64,000 bases of DNA from Octopus vulgaris. Its lineage: Eukaryota. The DNA lies in NCBI GenBank assembly GCA_951406725.2, contig OX597818.1, forward strand, positions 66,650,001-66,714,000, read 5' to 3'. The stretch's first letter is position 1. Every line of letters begins with the position of its first letter. A program made the position numbers and the translations under genes. The notes beneath the pieces are model-generated. The model saw nothing but the letters and a program-made list of their open reading frames with translations, searched no databases and was not told the DNA's origin. Below, one piece after another: positions 21,741-36,329 of this stretch.

Positions 21741-22639
21741 TGCTGCTTGTGATTTGAACTTTGTTTTCGGATTTTGTTTGAGACGCTTATTACGTAGAAC
21801 TCTTTTAGAAATGGAGGTTTATCTCCATACCATGTCTCGACTTCGCTACTTTGGGTATACGGTGAAGGACGACTTGAATAAGAGCAAACCAGCTGAATGC
21901 TAGGTTGTCTTGCGTAGCAATGTTTACTGCACTATTTCAACATGGCAACACATTTGCAAGTACCAGAAACAACAAAACCGAAATGGTTATTGGGAAATGC
22001 ATTTGCAAACAAGTTCCATCAAAATTAAAGTAAAAGATAATTATTTGAGCGGGGATAAGCAATATCATGAACAAAATAATAATAAGCAATAACATGAACA
22101 AAATAATATCTCCATTGCAGAACATAAGAGAAAATACTATCAACGAAAGTGTCAGGACCTCGAGTGTGCAAATGCATCTTGTTGTTCCACGGACACAAAA
22201 TCTCTGTGTGTCCTGGGAAGATGAGGAGATGAGACTTGAATAGTGTTAACCGGTACAAGTAAAAAATCGGTTGATGCAATTGCAACAAATGCAGAGAAAT
22301 AATTTTGTTATAGCGAAATTGGTAATATTTCCGCTCATCTGATCCCAAAAGAAACGCAGGGCCCTGCTTACAATTCCTGTTATGAGACAACATAATGCTA
22401 CAAAGATAATTTGATTGCATTCCGTTTAGAACTACCAAAAAATTGCTGCCAACAATTACAAAGACTCTACATAGTTTTCATTAGTCTCAGAAAGGTCACT
22501 GAGAAGGATGCGGTGTTCGAAAATTACTTTCCCGGTTCAGTCGTTTCGTACGGACAGGAAAAGCATAATTCAGTTCGATGGATCATTATCGGATCCTTCG
22601 CATCTGCACCAGAAGGGAACAAATCTGTCTCCCTGCAAT

Positions 22640-23070
22640 TATTATTCCTTTCTGTTATATGCACAAGGCCTGGAATTTCGGGGACGGGTACCACGATCAG
22701 ATCAACCCTTGCATGCAACTGCTACTTAATTTATCGACCCCGAAAGAATGAAAGCCAAAGTCGACCTCGGCAGAACTTATAGTCAGAATGTAGCAGCATA
22801 GGCAAAATACCGCTAAGCATTTTGCCCGGCGTGCTAACGATTCTGCCATCTCGAAATGATTACTCCAGGCAAAAGGTCCGAAATTTGTGGGGAGGGAGCA
22901 ATATATTAGATCGACCCCACTACGCATGCGGTACTTAATTTATCGTCCCGGAAAGGATGATAGGCAAAGGCGACCTGCGCGATATTTGAACTCAGAACGT
23001 AGCGGCAGACGAAATACCGCTAACAATGTCGCCCGGCGTGCTAACGTTTCTGTCTGTTAGTTGCCTTCAT
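22640..23070 (-). mobile_element. Two adjacent family B SINE copies
   Basis: TACTTAATTTATCG...AAAG.CGACCT...AAATACCGCTAA.....GCCCGGCGTGCTAACG occurs twice (about 22720-22850 and about 22930-23060). Confidence 0.8.
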
Positions 23071-24149
23071 TAGCAATTATTATTACCACCAGGGAACATG
23101 GTAAGGCTGCAAATTCAACTAAAGGAATGATTTAGTGACATTGTGCGGTTCTATATTTAAACACTCATCATTTTAATTTCATCATGAATTACGAATTGAT
23201 GCAAACGACCATAAATATATTATTAGATATGATGTTACTATAAAATGTTACGGGAAATTTAATATTACAGTTTGTGATCCAATTCTGTATGGATTGAAAT
23301 AATTCATCGTTTATTATTTCCGTTATACCAAATCAAACTGTATAAGTTATTAGAATAAAATTCCATTTGTTCCATTGAGTTATTTGATATTAGTAAACAA
23401 ACTGATTAAAGATAGTAAGAATTGTGTTAGTAAATGGATGTTGCGCTTACTTATATAAATAAGAAACAATTCTAAGTAAAACCTCGTTTTAGCTCCGGGG
23501 CGTTTTAAGTTTCCTTGTTTTATAGTTTTTGTTTTGTTTTTCATTCAAGAAAAAAGTACAACATTTATGAAAATTAAATAGTTTATTGGATGCGAAAACC
23601 TTAATATGGTATTTGTCAACATTATTTGTTGAACATTGGTATTGGTCCAGACCAAAAGGTTATGCATTGATGGAATCAAGTGTAGCCACCAAGAATTGGG
23701 AAGGGAACAGAAAATGCATTTCGGCCTTCAATTACAGCAGAGAATATAGGAAATCTTGAAAAAGTATCCAAAACTTTTTATGAAAACACCGACCGACCTA
23801 ACGAGTAAAAAATGCTCACGGAAATAAAGAATGTAACAAAGAATTGTTTCTGGAATCTGAGAGACAAGGGTGCAAAGAAGATCGTAATAAAGGCAACATC
23901 ATCAAAGATATCGAAGAAGATTTGAGAGATGCAAACGAGCTCTGAGTTGTACTCTGTTACGCTCCTAGAGGAATACACTTTAAATTATATATGTATATAT
24001 GTGAGTGTGTGTGAGTGTGTGTGTGTTTGTGTGTGTGTATACATATATATATATAGATAGTTATATATATATGTGTGCGTGTATATATATATATATATAT
24101 ATATATACTTAATAAAAGGATTCAGCAAAGTAATTTTAGCCTTTGTTAT

Positions 24150-24207
<58 letters not shown>

Positions 24208-24235
24208 GAGTGCGAGAGACAGATAGATAGATAGT

Positions 24236-24290
<55 letters not shown>

Positions 24291-24541
24291 ATAGATATAA
24301 GGGAAAGGAATAAGAATTTTAATCGATACATGGGATTACATTTATACAATATGACGCCAAGTGAAGTACAAACAATTTCGATTTATAAAGTGAGTTAAAA
24401 ATCTATATCACAATGAATTTAATATATATGTTCGGAATTTGACAGAATAGTTGCAGGTTAATCACAGAGTGAAATTTCGAAAAAAAAGTCAAAACTTTGT
24501 TTCTCGTTACGTATGAGAAATGGATATACCAATATCACCAG

Positions 24542-24613
<72 letters not shown>

Positions 24614-24881
24614 CAGAAGGAATGATCGAGAAAGAAGTTAATATAGCCAGTTGATAAAATAGGCACATTTTCAATGATATATATAAAAAATATTCACTTA
24701 CGCACACCAACGCCAATTAAATCTTGCAAAATCGCAGGGGAGGTAATTATGGATACTTGAGTTTAAATGTTTGTTTATGGATATATCTATGTGCATATAT
24801 AACGATGTGCGTACGCGCGTATTCCTAAAGTTAAACACACGCATATACAAACAAACACACACACAGAGGCTCTCCCACACA

Positions 24882-24951
<70 letters not shown>

Positions 24952-26871
24952 CAGCAATATGTGTAAATATCCATATAATACATACACATATTAAATACAT
25001 ATAATAGATATGCATGTATGTACCTATATATGTATATATGTATGTATATATGTCTCTTTCTATATATATATATATATATATATATGCATATACACATACA
25101 AGTGTGTATACATATATATACAAATATGTATGCATATAAGTGCATATATATACATATACATATACTTATATATATACATATATATGCGTATATATTTATT
25201 TATATATAAATACATATATATATATACATAAGTTTGTGTGTATATATATATGTGTGTATATTGGTGTATGTGTGTAAGGAGAAAGGAGTGAGATTGAAAG
25301 AGAGTGTGAGAGAGAGAGGATTGCAGTTAATATTGATATACACCTGCATTCCAACATATATGATAATTACGTTTTTAGTTTGTGTCTGATGAAGAAAATA
25401 CGTATTCTGGACTGAGTTTATTGAAATATGTTGTTCCATGATTTATTAGCTTTTTTTTTTCCTTTCCTTCATACAATTACTTGAAATTAGCGTCTCTACA
25501 AAACATTCTCTTACAACGTGAACAACCAAGCAATGTTAGAATTAGTAATTTTAACTAAGTAATTTTGCTCTCAATGCGTAGATATTATGTACTTGGAGAA
25601 TGGGACATTGTGCCTGTAGCGATAATGTTGACGATGTTATATTGGAGGCTGTCAAGATGTCTGTGAAGGCAATAACATGAAATTTAGTGAATACCTGCCA
25701 GGCATAACTGTTCAATAAAAATCTTTTGGCATCAACTTTTCTTTTATTCACAGCAAAGAAAGGCAACATAGAGAATGTCGAGCGTAGCAGTGTTATTTAT
25801 TTATTAGTATTCAGCAGTGAATAACCATAGGCACAATTACGTCTCAGACAACTTTGGCAGTGAGAGAAGCAGTTCAGAAATTGATAGAAAAATATTTCTG
25901 TTCTTTTGTTACCTTTAAATGAGAAGCAACATTCACCCGCAAAATCTTTAAAATATAAAGAAACAAAACCGAAAAGAAAATGTAGGTAAGTTTAATGAAT
26001 GGAGAAAATTAAACACACATTGTTGTAGTCATTAAACTTGTGTATAATAGCTGCGTTACAACGATTTTCCCTCATACTTCGGTGCTTTGCGATCATATTA
26101 AAATTTAATTGAAAAGCCGTTTCATTAACCAGTCATTCTGCACGCCATTTTCGACTTGCATTCATGTTTGTAATACTTAAGTGGTATATATTAAGCATTT
26201 GTCTTCTAAGCCGCATCGCATTCGTATTTTGTTGGCAAATGTTGTCTATGCTATACAGGACTCAACACTTATCTCTCCAAACCGTCATACCGAAATCACT
26301 CGCAAATGGAATTAGTAAATTGAATTAAGACACCGGATTTAATTTACTATGCGTTACAATCACAAATAATTTCTTTATCATGATATTTTTTCTTCTATGA
26401 ATGAAAAATTAAGTCCCTAGGGTAGCCGCCAGTTTTCAAGACACCCTCAGTGAAAATGTATTATAATTTTGGGGGCTGGCCTGATCGGGTGTTTTGTTAG
26501 CAGAAAAGTGGTTTGGCTTTCAGTTTCACAGTGTTGCATTTATCTCAGTGACTTGCGCTCTGTCCCTGGTTCTACCGAAGCCTTCTGCCTGACAGACATT
26601 GAGTGGACTTACGTTGTGAGTAGAAATACACCTATGTCTGTCTGCGCGTCACTCCTTATCTCTCCACCGTTTAAGAACCGTAACACTATATTTGTGTTCC
26701 TCGTACTAAAATTCTCGGGAAACAGCACACAGAGGATATACACTACATTTTGAAAATATGTTGTGTTGTGTTGTGTTGACTAAACCCTTCGATGCGTTAT
26801 CCCAGTATGACCGCAGTTCGATGACGTAAGGAAGATAAAACAAAGCATATACGTCTCTCTCTCTCTCTCTC

Positions 26872-26918
<47 letters not shown>

Positions 26919-26927
26919 TATATATAT

Positions 26928-27001
<74 letters not shown>

Positions 27002-27076
27002 TATTATATATATATATACAATATATATATACATACAATATATATATATCTATGTATCTGTCTATCTATCTATCTA

Positions 27077-27117
<41 letters not shown>

Positions 27118-30100
27118 AGAGAGAGAGAGGGGGTTATATCGAAAAAGCTAATATTTCTGTAATTTATGTAATTCTATGTTGTATATTATGAAATATGAAA
27201 CAATTTAGTGACTTTCAGATAATTGGTGTAGAGAACGTGACTAACTTAATGATACTGTAGCGACAGCGTAAATGAAATCAACTCAGTATGATATCATTTA
27301 ATATTTCGAATGAATGAATTACAACATAATCAATTTACCATCACCTGAGTATATGCTTCAAGGTATTAATTTCGAACACCCATTTAAAGCGTCCGACAGT
27401 CATGATGTTCCATGAAAATCGGCTTCGGTACTCGCCCATGGTTTATACACTTATCATTCCTTCTTAGACCAAATTAAATGTATACATTGGGGACAGGTAA
27501 TTAGCGGATCAACACCTCTGATCCATTTCCATTTTCGTAATCCTTATATGCAATACTCCTATTGGGGTAATTCGAATTCTCTACTTAATTCATGTTTTCT
27601 GACGTTTAACGTGGCCTGGCGAATTATCACCCTCTTCTATATAGACACTTTATACAGAACAGTTATTAATTAAATTATAATTCCGAGTTCTGTTGGTTTA
27701 TTCAAGGAAATTTAAGCCAGACGTCTCTTTCTTATCGCCAGCTATAGTAATTATTAATAAAATGTAACTTAGGCATTAATTCATATCTCATTGGCATACA
27801 ACTTTGAAACGAGTAAAACATCATTTGGTTGCTTCATTTGGTTTATGTGTATCGCTTAGGGAGTCTGAATACAAACGCCAAAATTATTTCTGTAAGTTAT
27901 CCCTCGTTAAGATTTGAAGACGTGAAGTTAAAGACAGTAAAAGGCTGAACTGAGAATGCAAGTAAGAGAAACATTTAGCGTCATACATTCCGTTCTGCAT
28001 CGCAACAGATTCTACGAATTCGCTTCACATTTATAACTAAAAAAACTATTATGAATATCTTCAATAAGAGATATTCCACAACGTTCTAGAAGACAACAAT
28101 TAATCATACAGACCCATCTATTTGACTAGTACTTGATATTATTGACCTCGTACGGACGAATGTCAGAGTTGTTCTTGAAAGGATTTTAAATCAGAGAGTA
28201 TAGTAGTGTCGAGCCAAATACCGTTATATGGTTAGGATTCTTCTATGGCTTAGCCCTTAATTTAAAGTGACTACTGAATATACCTTATGCAAACCAAGGG
28301 AGGAAATCTGAAGTATTATAACAATAAAAAATATTTTTACAATAAATAATTAATTGCTACAGATTTAACAGAGCTTGCTTCTCATATGTAGCTACGATTT
28401 GTGGCAAAGAACTTTAATACTCTGCTCGGTTCAGTTGAACGAATTATCATCAAAATCAATTCGTCCTATTTTCGAGACAGAATACATTTAGGAGCACCTT
28501 ATGTCTGTCCCCTCCAGAGTATGTGATTTGAGAGAGGAGCGTTTTATATAATTAGCGGGTTTTACTGCATCCTCACAGGAGGGTACTATATTCGAAGAAT
28601 AGACACATCACATTACATACAAACCTACTGTAAAGCAAACTACCCGCTGAAAAGAACATGAATGTCATGGATTTTGTATGACGAGTTACCGGGACACACC
28701 ATATTTTCTTTCAAAGCAGCACAATATAAAATATTCCCTAATTCAGTTTCTGTTTATACAAATACCTTTTCCTTTAATTTTTATTTTTTAGAGGAATATT
28801 AGATTAGAACAAATCGTAATGAATCATCTTCGAAATCCTGTTTTGAATATTGAAAATCTTGATTAGAAAGAACGTAATTACAAAATATAAAATTAAATTT
28901 TAGTTGTTTTTTAATTGAAACAATTCGTTTTTTTTTTCCATTGGAAATTTCGTTATTATTTTAAACGATTTCCATCCTAAACATTGATCAATGCGAAACA
29001 TATTTAAATTAGTGTTTATAGTTTTCAACTCATTAGAAAATAAAGAACTAAAATGGGGACTAATGAAATTGCGGTAAGGGTGTTTAGAATTAAAATAAAA
29101 CAAAACATAAATATAGCAAAATTTATTTGCAGCAGAGAACTGTCCAACTCTACTACACAGAAACAATAGGCAGCAACAACAATAACCGAATATTTTGTAT
29201 AAATCAATTAAAATTATAATTAATTCTTAAGAGGAGGCAATTAATAACAACCCTTCATTACAACTGATTTGGAAATTTTAAAATGATAGGAAAATATTTC
29301 AATACCACAACAAAAAATGTTTAAAACTGAATAGTTTAACATGAAGAAGACTGTTATGAATTGAAGCTGCCACTTTGAACATGATGACAAACATTGATTT
29401 AAAGATGTGATGAATTGACAGGAATATTAAGTACTATTTATTCACCATGGGGAAATCGTTCCTGGGAATGTTAGAATATTTCACAAGAAAAAAAAATTCC
29501 AACTTTAAATTTGCTATAGCTTAACATGGAGTAGAAAAGAAATGTATTTTTCTGTAGTATTGTCAATGGACTTAGGTTTCCATATAATTCATGAAATAAA
29601 ATAATCAGATGAAATTAATGTAAAACTCAAGTGAAAAATAACCATATAATTCTCGCTTGAAATCATTATTTTCAATTTCTATCATTACATTATTTGTTAT
29701 GTTTAAACAATGTAGTAACATTGCTTAACACAATGTAAAGTTCAACTTTAGCGTATCAAATATCTTTTCTATGCAATTATATTAAGTAAAATTTCTAATA
29801 GTAAGATGTTTAAAAGTTCGGGAGGAATTAAATGTGATATGTTTCTTCCAAATTACAGACAAACATTAAATTTACATTAAATCAACTCACAAAATGTATC
29901 TTATATGTTTCATTTGCGAAACATTTTATAGTGATGTGTAAATCTGATATGTGTTCATGTTTCTGCGATGCAGAATAGAAAAAAAGTCTCAAACAGTATA
30001 AGAGATTTCACAATATATGAACGTCCATAGAGAAAGTGGACATATTTTTACCTCCCAAAATGGTCGGTTCGGATTATAGTTACCGTATTTATATACGTAT

Positions 30101-31483
30101 TTTGTCTTAGACACACATTTAGAATGGATGCTGATAAAATCCGGGCTTCCGCATCTTAGGTAACATGCAGGTTTCGTTTCCGAAATAAGTTAATTCGAAC
30201 GCATAACAATATATATCTTGAATAAAGTAATGCGGTTCTATATTAGATAATCGGATTCTCTTATTGCATAGTAGCATTCGCATCATTGATTCAATTGCAA
30301 TTTATTACGGGCCTATTTATCATCCAACCAAAATAATCCTTCCACTGCTTCTTATGTACCGACAGATATATATTTCACCTCGACAGGTGAGTTGTGAGTT
30401 CACGGCATAGAAATTACTGAAGAAGGACAAGAAAACAGTCTGACGTTCCGCTAGTCCGCCGCTGTGACGGTATTCGCTTTTCTCCGAGATATCTAGTGCC
30501 TTTAAAGCTGTACGTCAAAGAAATGATTTTCTCTCCCTCTCTAAAGAAAACAAAAAGCCAACATACCGGTTAACTGTGATACATGATACATAAATGGACG
30601 TTTAGAGTCAATGCTTCTATTGCGTACGCCGGATTTATAAAAATGAATCACAAAAGAATGGATAATTATACATTTTTAATCCTACGTCTCAGATACATAA
30701 GTAAGAATTGACTCTCCATATTGATTGATCAATATTTGATGAACTAAGGTTCTACAGAAATAGTTAATTATTACTCAAGGAATTGAGGTGTAGAATATAT
30801 TACTTAGTAATTAATTTAATGATTGATTTCTTTTGCATTCTCAGTAACAAATCTGTCGTCAAATCGAAACATATTTCAAATTAATAATATTCACACGATA
30901 TGTTATGGCGTAAATAATATTTCTTATGAACAAATATCTATATATTTGCCTCATCTATAAATGTGATGAGGCCAACAACAATTTTATAACGGCGGGAATA
31001 TATGCCACATCATATTTCAATTGTTACTCAACAGTACACATTTGCTTCCCTGCCCATTCTTTTGGCCAAATTTTCTAGGTTTCCTTGTTAAATGTTTCTT
31101 GTTCTCTGTTGGAATGTGGTGAGGTTTCGATAAGGATACGTTGGAATAAACCTTCTTGATATCTCTGGAAATCAACAGAATTAATGCGCAAGAGGAATAA
31201 ATTTCAGATTTATGCAAAATGCCAATCTGTCGGACAGATTAAAAAGGATACAGATGAAAACAGATAATTTTTCATGTTACCATTTTTTCTGATATAATTC
31301 AGGAACTTCTACTGACTTTTTCGGTGCATGGATTTTGGACGTGCAGGTCGGACCAGAAGTGGATTGTAAATTTACGGACTACATGGATTGCAAGGACTTT
31401 CGCTGGACAAAGCCAAATTTCACTCCGGCAAATTGCTTCAACTGTTTCTGCCTGCAATTTTAATCACTTATTCATCTGCATGC

Positions 31484-31547
<64 letters not shown>

Positions 31548-31868
31548 GCATACATACATAAATATATACATACATATACACACACACACACACACTCATA
31601 TATATATATATATAATCTATTTAAAGTGCGCAATACAGGCATTCCATATTTAAAAAAAGTTATTATAATATGTGGTTCGCGCCTAAAGAATATATTTGAG
31701 CATTTCTCAACATATAACACTATAAATAGCACTTAAATACATGTATCTTTTAAATAGATAATATTATATCTCACCAGATGAAGTACTTTTTCTTGAATCA
31801 TCTCTCACGGATCTGTATATTGTGTATGTGTATGTGTGTATGGGTGTGAATGGGTGTAAATAATTACG

Positions 31869-32225
31869 TTACGACGACGAGTGCTCTAGTTGATCCGATC
31901 AACGGAACAGTCCGTTCGTGAAATTAACGTGTAAGTGGATGGCCACTCCACAGACAAGTGTACCCTTAACGTAGGTCTCGGGGGAGATTCAGCGTGGCGC
32001 AGAGTGTGACAAGGCTGGCCCTAGAAATACAGGTACGACAGAAAAAGGGAGAAAGAGAGAGAGAACTTGTGGTGAAAGAGTACATCACAGCCCCCTGCCG
32101 TGGTCTCGTGAAGCGTTGGGTGATTTAGTTCACTAAACACTCAGAAGGACCAGTCTGGTAATCGAAACCACACTCCTACAACTGCGAGCACGCCTGCCCT
32201 CTCCACTGGGCCAATGCACCTCCAC
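31869..32225 (-). mobile_element. tRNA-derived SINE, family C (tail type 1)
   Basis: Minus-strand head GTGGAGGTGCATTGGCCCAGTGG..GGTTTCGATTACC and a body shared with 53721-54012; the tail ends at ..GTCGTCGTAA. Confidence 0.75.
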
Positions 32226-32349
32226 AAATTAATACGAACATATATGTAATTAAGTAGAGTCATGTTTAACTGAATATATGCATTTATATACGTACATACA
32301 AACAAGCAGCTTATACACACAGGCACGCTATAAATACACATACACACAT

Positions 32350-32426
<77 letters not shown>

Positions 32427-32873
32427 TATATATATACACACCTTATTCTATCTATCTATCTTCCTCTCTTCATATGTAAATATACGTAGAAATATACGTA
32501 TATTCATAGAAATATTCGTAAATCAAATTCTCCAGGCTTAATCGTATCAGTGCCCTCGAATAAAGTAAATGAAAAGTATTTATTTAATTAGAGATCTGTA
32601 TTGCTCAATATTCTTCATTAGGATGACTACGGGAAAAATAAAGAAAAAAACACTATGAAGCTGAAGATAAGTATTTCATTCGAAAATTCTATCAACTTCA
32701 AATGAATTTACACTTTATATAATTATACACATTTACTAACGATCACGAGGTGAGCCAGTATTTACTTAAATAATTTGGAAGAAGCGACACGTCAAAATGA
32801 TATATAATGAAACATTTCGTTATAATTCGATCCTTATTCAGAAGAATATATCGGTATGTGCGTATGTCTATTC

Positions 32874-32905
<32 letters not shown>

Positions 32906-32914
32906 GTATATATA

Positions 32915-33056
32915 TACTCTGTTACTGTGTTACTTGTTTCAGTCATTTGACTGCGGCCATGCTGGAGCACCGCCTTTAATCGAGCAACTCGACCCTGGGA
33001 CTTATTCTTTTGTAAGCCCAGTACTTATTCTATCGGTCTCTTTTGCCGAACCGCTA
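32915..33056 (-). mobile_element. 3' fragment of family A SINE
   Basis: TTACTTGTTTCAGTCATTTGACTGCGGCCATGCTGGAGCACCGCC...GCCGAACCGCTA. Confidence 0.85.
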
Positions 33057-33597
33057 TATAGTCCATAGATGCGAATCGGATATTCTCGGTATAGAACACA
33101 CTTCGTAGTGCGCAAGAGAATTAAACATGAGCGTGTATCGAAGCGATGTGTAGATAAGTATCTTACATGAGTATATAACAACTTACTATATTAATACATG
33201 AAAGACAAGGGTTATTTACAAAGAATGTATATATGTGTAGATGGAAAAGACGTCCGACTTACAAAGAAAAGATGTGAAAGAGATGTTTAAAGAGTAGAGC
33301 CGTCTCCACCTTATCTGAGTGATAAAGTCATTAGATTTTGGTAGAAAGTGTTTCGTGTAGAAATCTTGAAGTGCATATCCACGAGTGTTATATGTATGAA
33401 GCGCTGAGCCTAGCGAAAGGTATATGTTTCAGGGATGGGAATCAGATATTTTCAGTATAGAATGCATTTAGTTGTCCTGAAGAGTATTAAAATTACACAT
33501 GTATTTCCTGTAATAATATAGTAAAAACAATTAATATATTGATGTAACATCCTTATCGTTACATCCAGTCTTTCCAGGGTGGACGTAGGGTATATTT

Positions 33598-34003
33598 TAA
33601 AGATAAAGAAGACGATGTATGCGTAAAAACATTTCTTATCACAATAATTGTTTCGAGGTCAAGATACATTGTTCTCTAATAGATGTGGCACGATGCAATA
33701 GCACCAAATGCAACGCCCACATTGCCCTCTTGTATTTTCTTCCTAAGTAAACCCTCCTCACTAGCACATGCACATCGAAGCTTTTAGGATCTCGCAACAA
33801 TATCATTCACCTGAAACAAAATCGACATATCGATCTCTGAACTCATAAGCATATTATGACACCTGAAGCAGCACTTTTGCATCGTGTGTCGCTTCTGTTG
33901 TTATTGCATTGTTCTACGCTACGGAGCAGAGCAAATTGAAACCGAAACAATTGTTGTGCAAAAAAATGATTTTTCTTAAACTCCGTCTTCTACGTTAATC
34001 TTT
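33598..34003. mobile_element. MITE-like element with long degenerate terminal inverted repeats
   Basis: TAAAGATAAAGAAGACG..CACAATAATTGTTTCG at the left end pairs with CGAAACAATTGTTGTG..CGTCTTCT..ATCTTTA at the right end; inner ATGCAATA/TATTGCAT. Confidence 0.55.
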
Positions 34004-34117
34004 AGTAGCTGCCTTCATCTCTGTTTCTTCCACGAGTTTCCCATTGTTATTATATCCATTTTCTTTTCCTATATATATATATATACATGTTTGTATACAC
34101 ACACACACACACACACG

Positions 34118-34197
<80 letters not shown>

Positions 34198-34664
34198 CAG
34201 AAACAGAAACGATGAAAATAATAGGGAATATTTGTATTACAGAATTAAGGAGTATATAATCATTATAATAAAAATATTAAACAGTTTTGTACAAAATGAG
34301 GTTTTGTTCGACAGAATAAATAAACTCGAACAAAATACAGAACGAAAATAAAAATTACATATTTACCTCCCCTTTGACTGTAAAATTACTGAGTGACCAA
34401 TTATCTCCTCTAGCAATATGTCTCTTTTTCAACCCTTAGCTGGATGAGCAATTCGAAACGGGTTCTTACTTTCATTATATTGAAACAGAAAAATATTATT
34501 CTGTATAAAATTGTATAATATCTTTAAACTTGTGACTCTAACACACTCCTTCATCATGTAAAACAAATCTGCAGTGATATTTCATTTTCTCTTTTAGTAT
34601 ATATCCACGTGAGTCTTCCCACTAAAATATTTTCTGTCTCATATCTATATAAATATGTATATAA

Positions 34665-34707
<43 letters not shown>

Positions 34708-35064
34708 AGTGTGTGTACAGAGAGAGATAGAGTGAGAGGGGGACTGTGTGAGGGAGAGAGAGGAAGAGGCGCATATTCGAAAAAACTTTTTTCTCCGTAG
34801 AGAATTTGCTTTTTTGTTGGTATACGTTATCCTAATAGGAACTAGATTTCAGTTATTATCGATTGACGATTTTGGATATCATTCGTGTGTTTATGTAAAA
34901 ATTCTCTTGGTTGGCTTGTTTTACCATTTTTAGACATTTTACTTCCGAAAGTACACTTGTCCCCATGGAGACATCATTCTTTTCGATATAGCAGAAATAA
35001 TTAATAGTTTAAAGAAAACAGGGAATTTACATGGACACAAACACACACACACACACACACACAC

Positions 35065-35121
<57 letters not shown>

Positions 35122-35420
35122 GAGTTAGAAAAATAGGTAGGGTTAAAATCCCAAGAAAGGAACAGTGTAGTAATTATACTAACAAGTAAAGTTAATCGCC
35201 ATGTCAAAGTGGTTGGTTGTTACTTGTTTAACCCCAGGCAGAACTTCCACCAGCTCCTTATCGATGGTATAACGAACAGTTACATGTACGTTGAAACACA
35301 GTTGCTCTCACATGTGTACACATGTATATACACACACTAGTTGTCAACTTAATATGACAGTCCCATGAAAGGGAAGAATGCTACTGTTATTTAGCCTTCG
35401 GAAATACACCTTTTCTGTGC

Positions 35421-35554
35421 CCTTATGTTTTCAAATGGGAGATAAGCACCTCCACCCAGCAAAATATACCCTACGTACACGCTGGAATTCCTAGGCGTAC
35501 CTCCAATGCACTTTGCTGGGTGGGGGTGCTTATCTCCCCTTTGAAAATATAAGG
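35421..35554. repeat. 43-bp inverted repeat (3 mismatches), MITE-like
   Basis: CCTTATGTTTTCAAATGGGAGATAAGCACCTCCACCCAGCAAA (35421-35463) versus its reverse complement at 35512-35554. Confidence 0.8.
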
Positions 35555-36159
35555 ACACGGGAAATGTGTCAAGGCCAGCACCAGGCAGATCTCCACCAGC
35601 TGGGTGCCGTTGCGGTGCTGCACATTGTACATACATATATAATGCTAGCAGTAGGAGCGAACTCAGTCGAAACAATTAAAGATACTCTGACAGAAAAGTA
35701 AATATATTAATTATGGGAGTGTAAATATTTTAGCAATTGGGATGACGAATTTGCAATTAAAATCTGTAGTGTAAAGTTAAAACGTTGTCAGGTGTATGCT
35801 GGAAAGGTAGAGCGACAGCAGGATCGCGAGACTAAGTTTCGAATTGGTTATTATCTTCAGTGGTGAGTACTCGGTCGCCAGAGAGATAGCCAGTGTCCGT
35901 TCCAGCCAGCAATATATTGTAAACAAAGCGACCGTCGGTCACGGATTTGCAGCAAAAGTAAAGTAGATAGTGATCAAAGTAGTAACTATATATATACATG
36001 CATATATATGTGAGTGTGTGCGTTTGTCTCTGTATGTGTGTGTATTTATGCCTATACGTATATGAATATTTAGGGGTGAATTCAAAAAAAGAAAGATGAA
36101 GATAGGTAGTGTACACAACAAACAGACGTATTAGTTTAACGCTGGCGATGTGAAAAAGT

Positions 36160-36195
36160 CTTTAATGTTTCGAGCCTACACTCTTCCACAGAAAG
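36160..36195 (-). ncRNA. Degenerate minimal hammerhead-like motif in a PLE-type terminal repeat
   Basis: Minus strand CTTT-CTGTGGA-A-GAGT-gtag-GCTC-GAAA-CATT-AAAG; the core deviates from CUGANGA. Confidence 0.4.
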
Positions 36196-36329
36196 GAACA
36201 CAGAAAGAAACAAGGATACAAAATAAAGAATTTGTAGTGGCTAGCGATCTATCATGGCGAATACTGACGCACACAGAAACAGAAACAGATATGCGAACGA
36301 TAATTTCATTAATTGAAGGTATATACATT

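Noticed and set aside
26549-26621. Possible short exon (CAG...GTGAGT), and similar candidates near 20508, 27861, 30111 and 55971
   Set aside because: Splice-like signals are common by chance; the peptides are unrecognisable and the phases do not chain into a gene.
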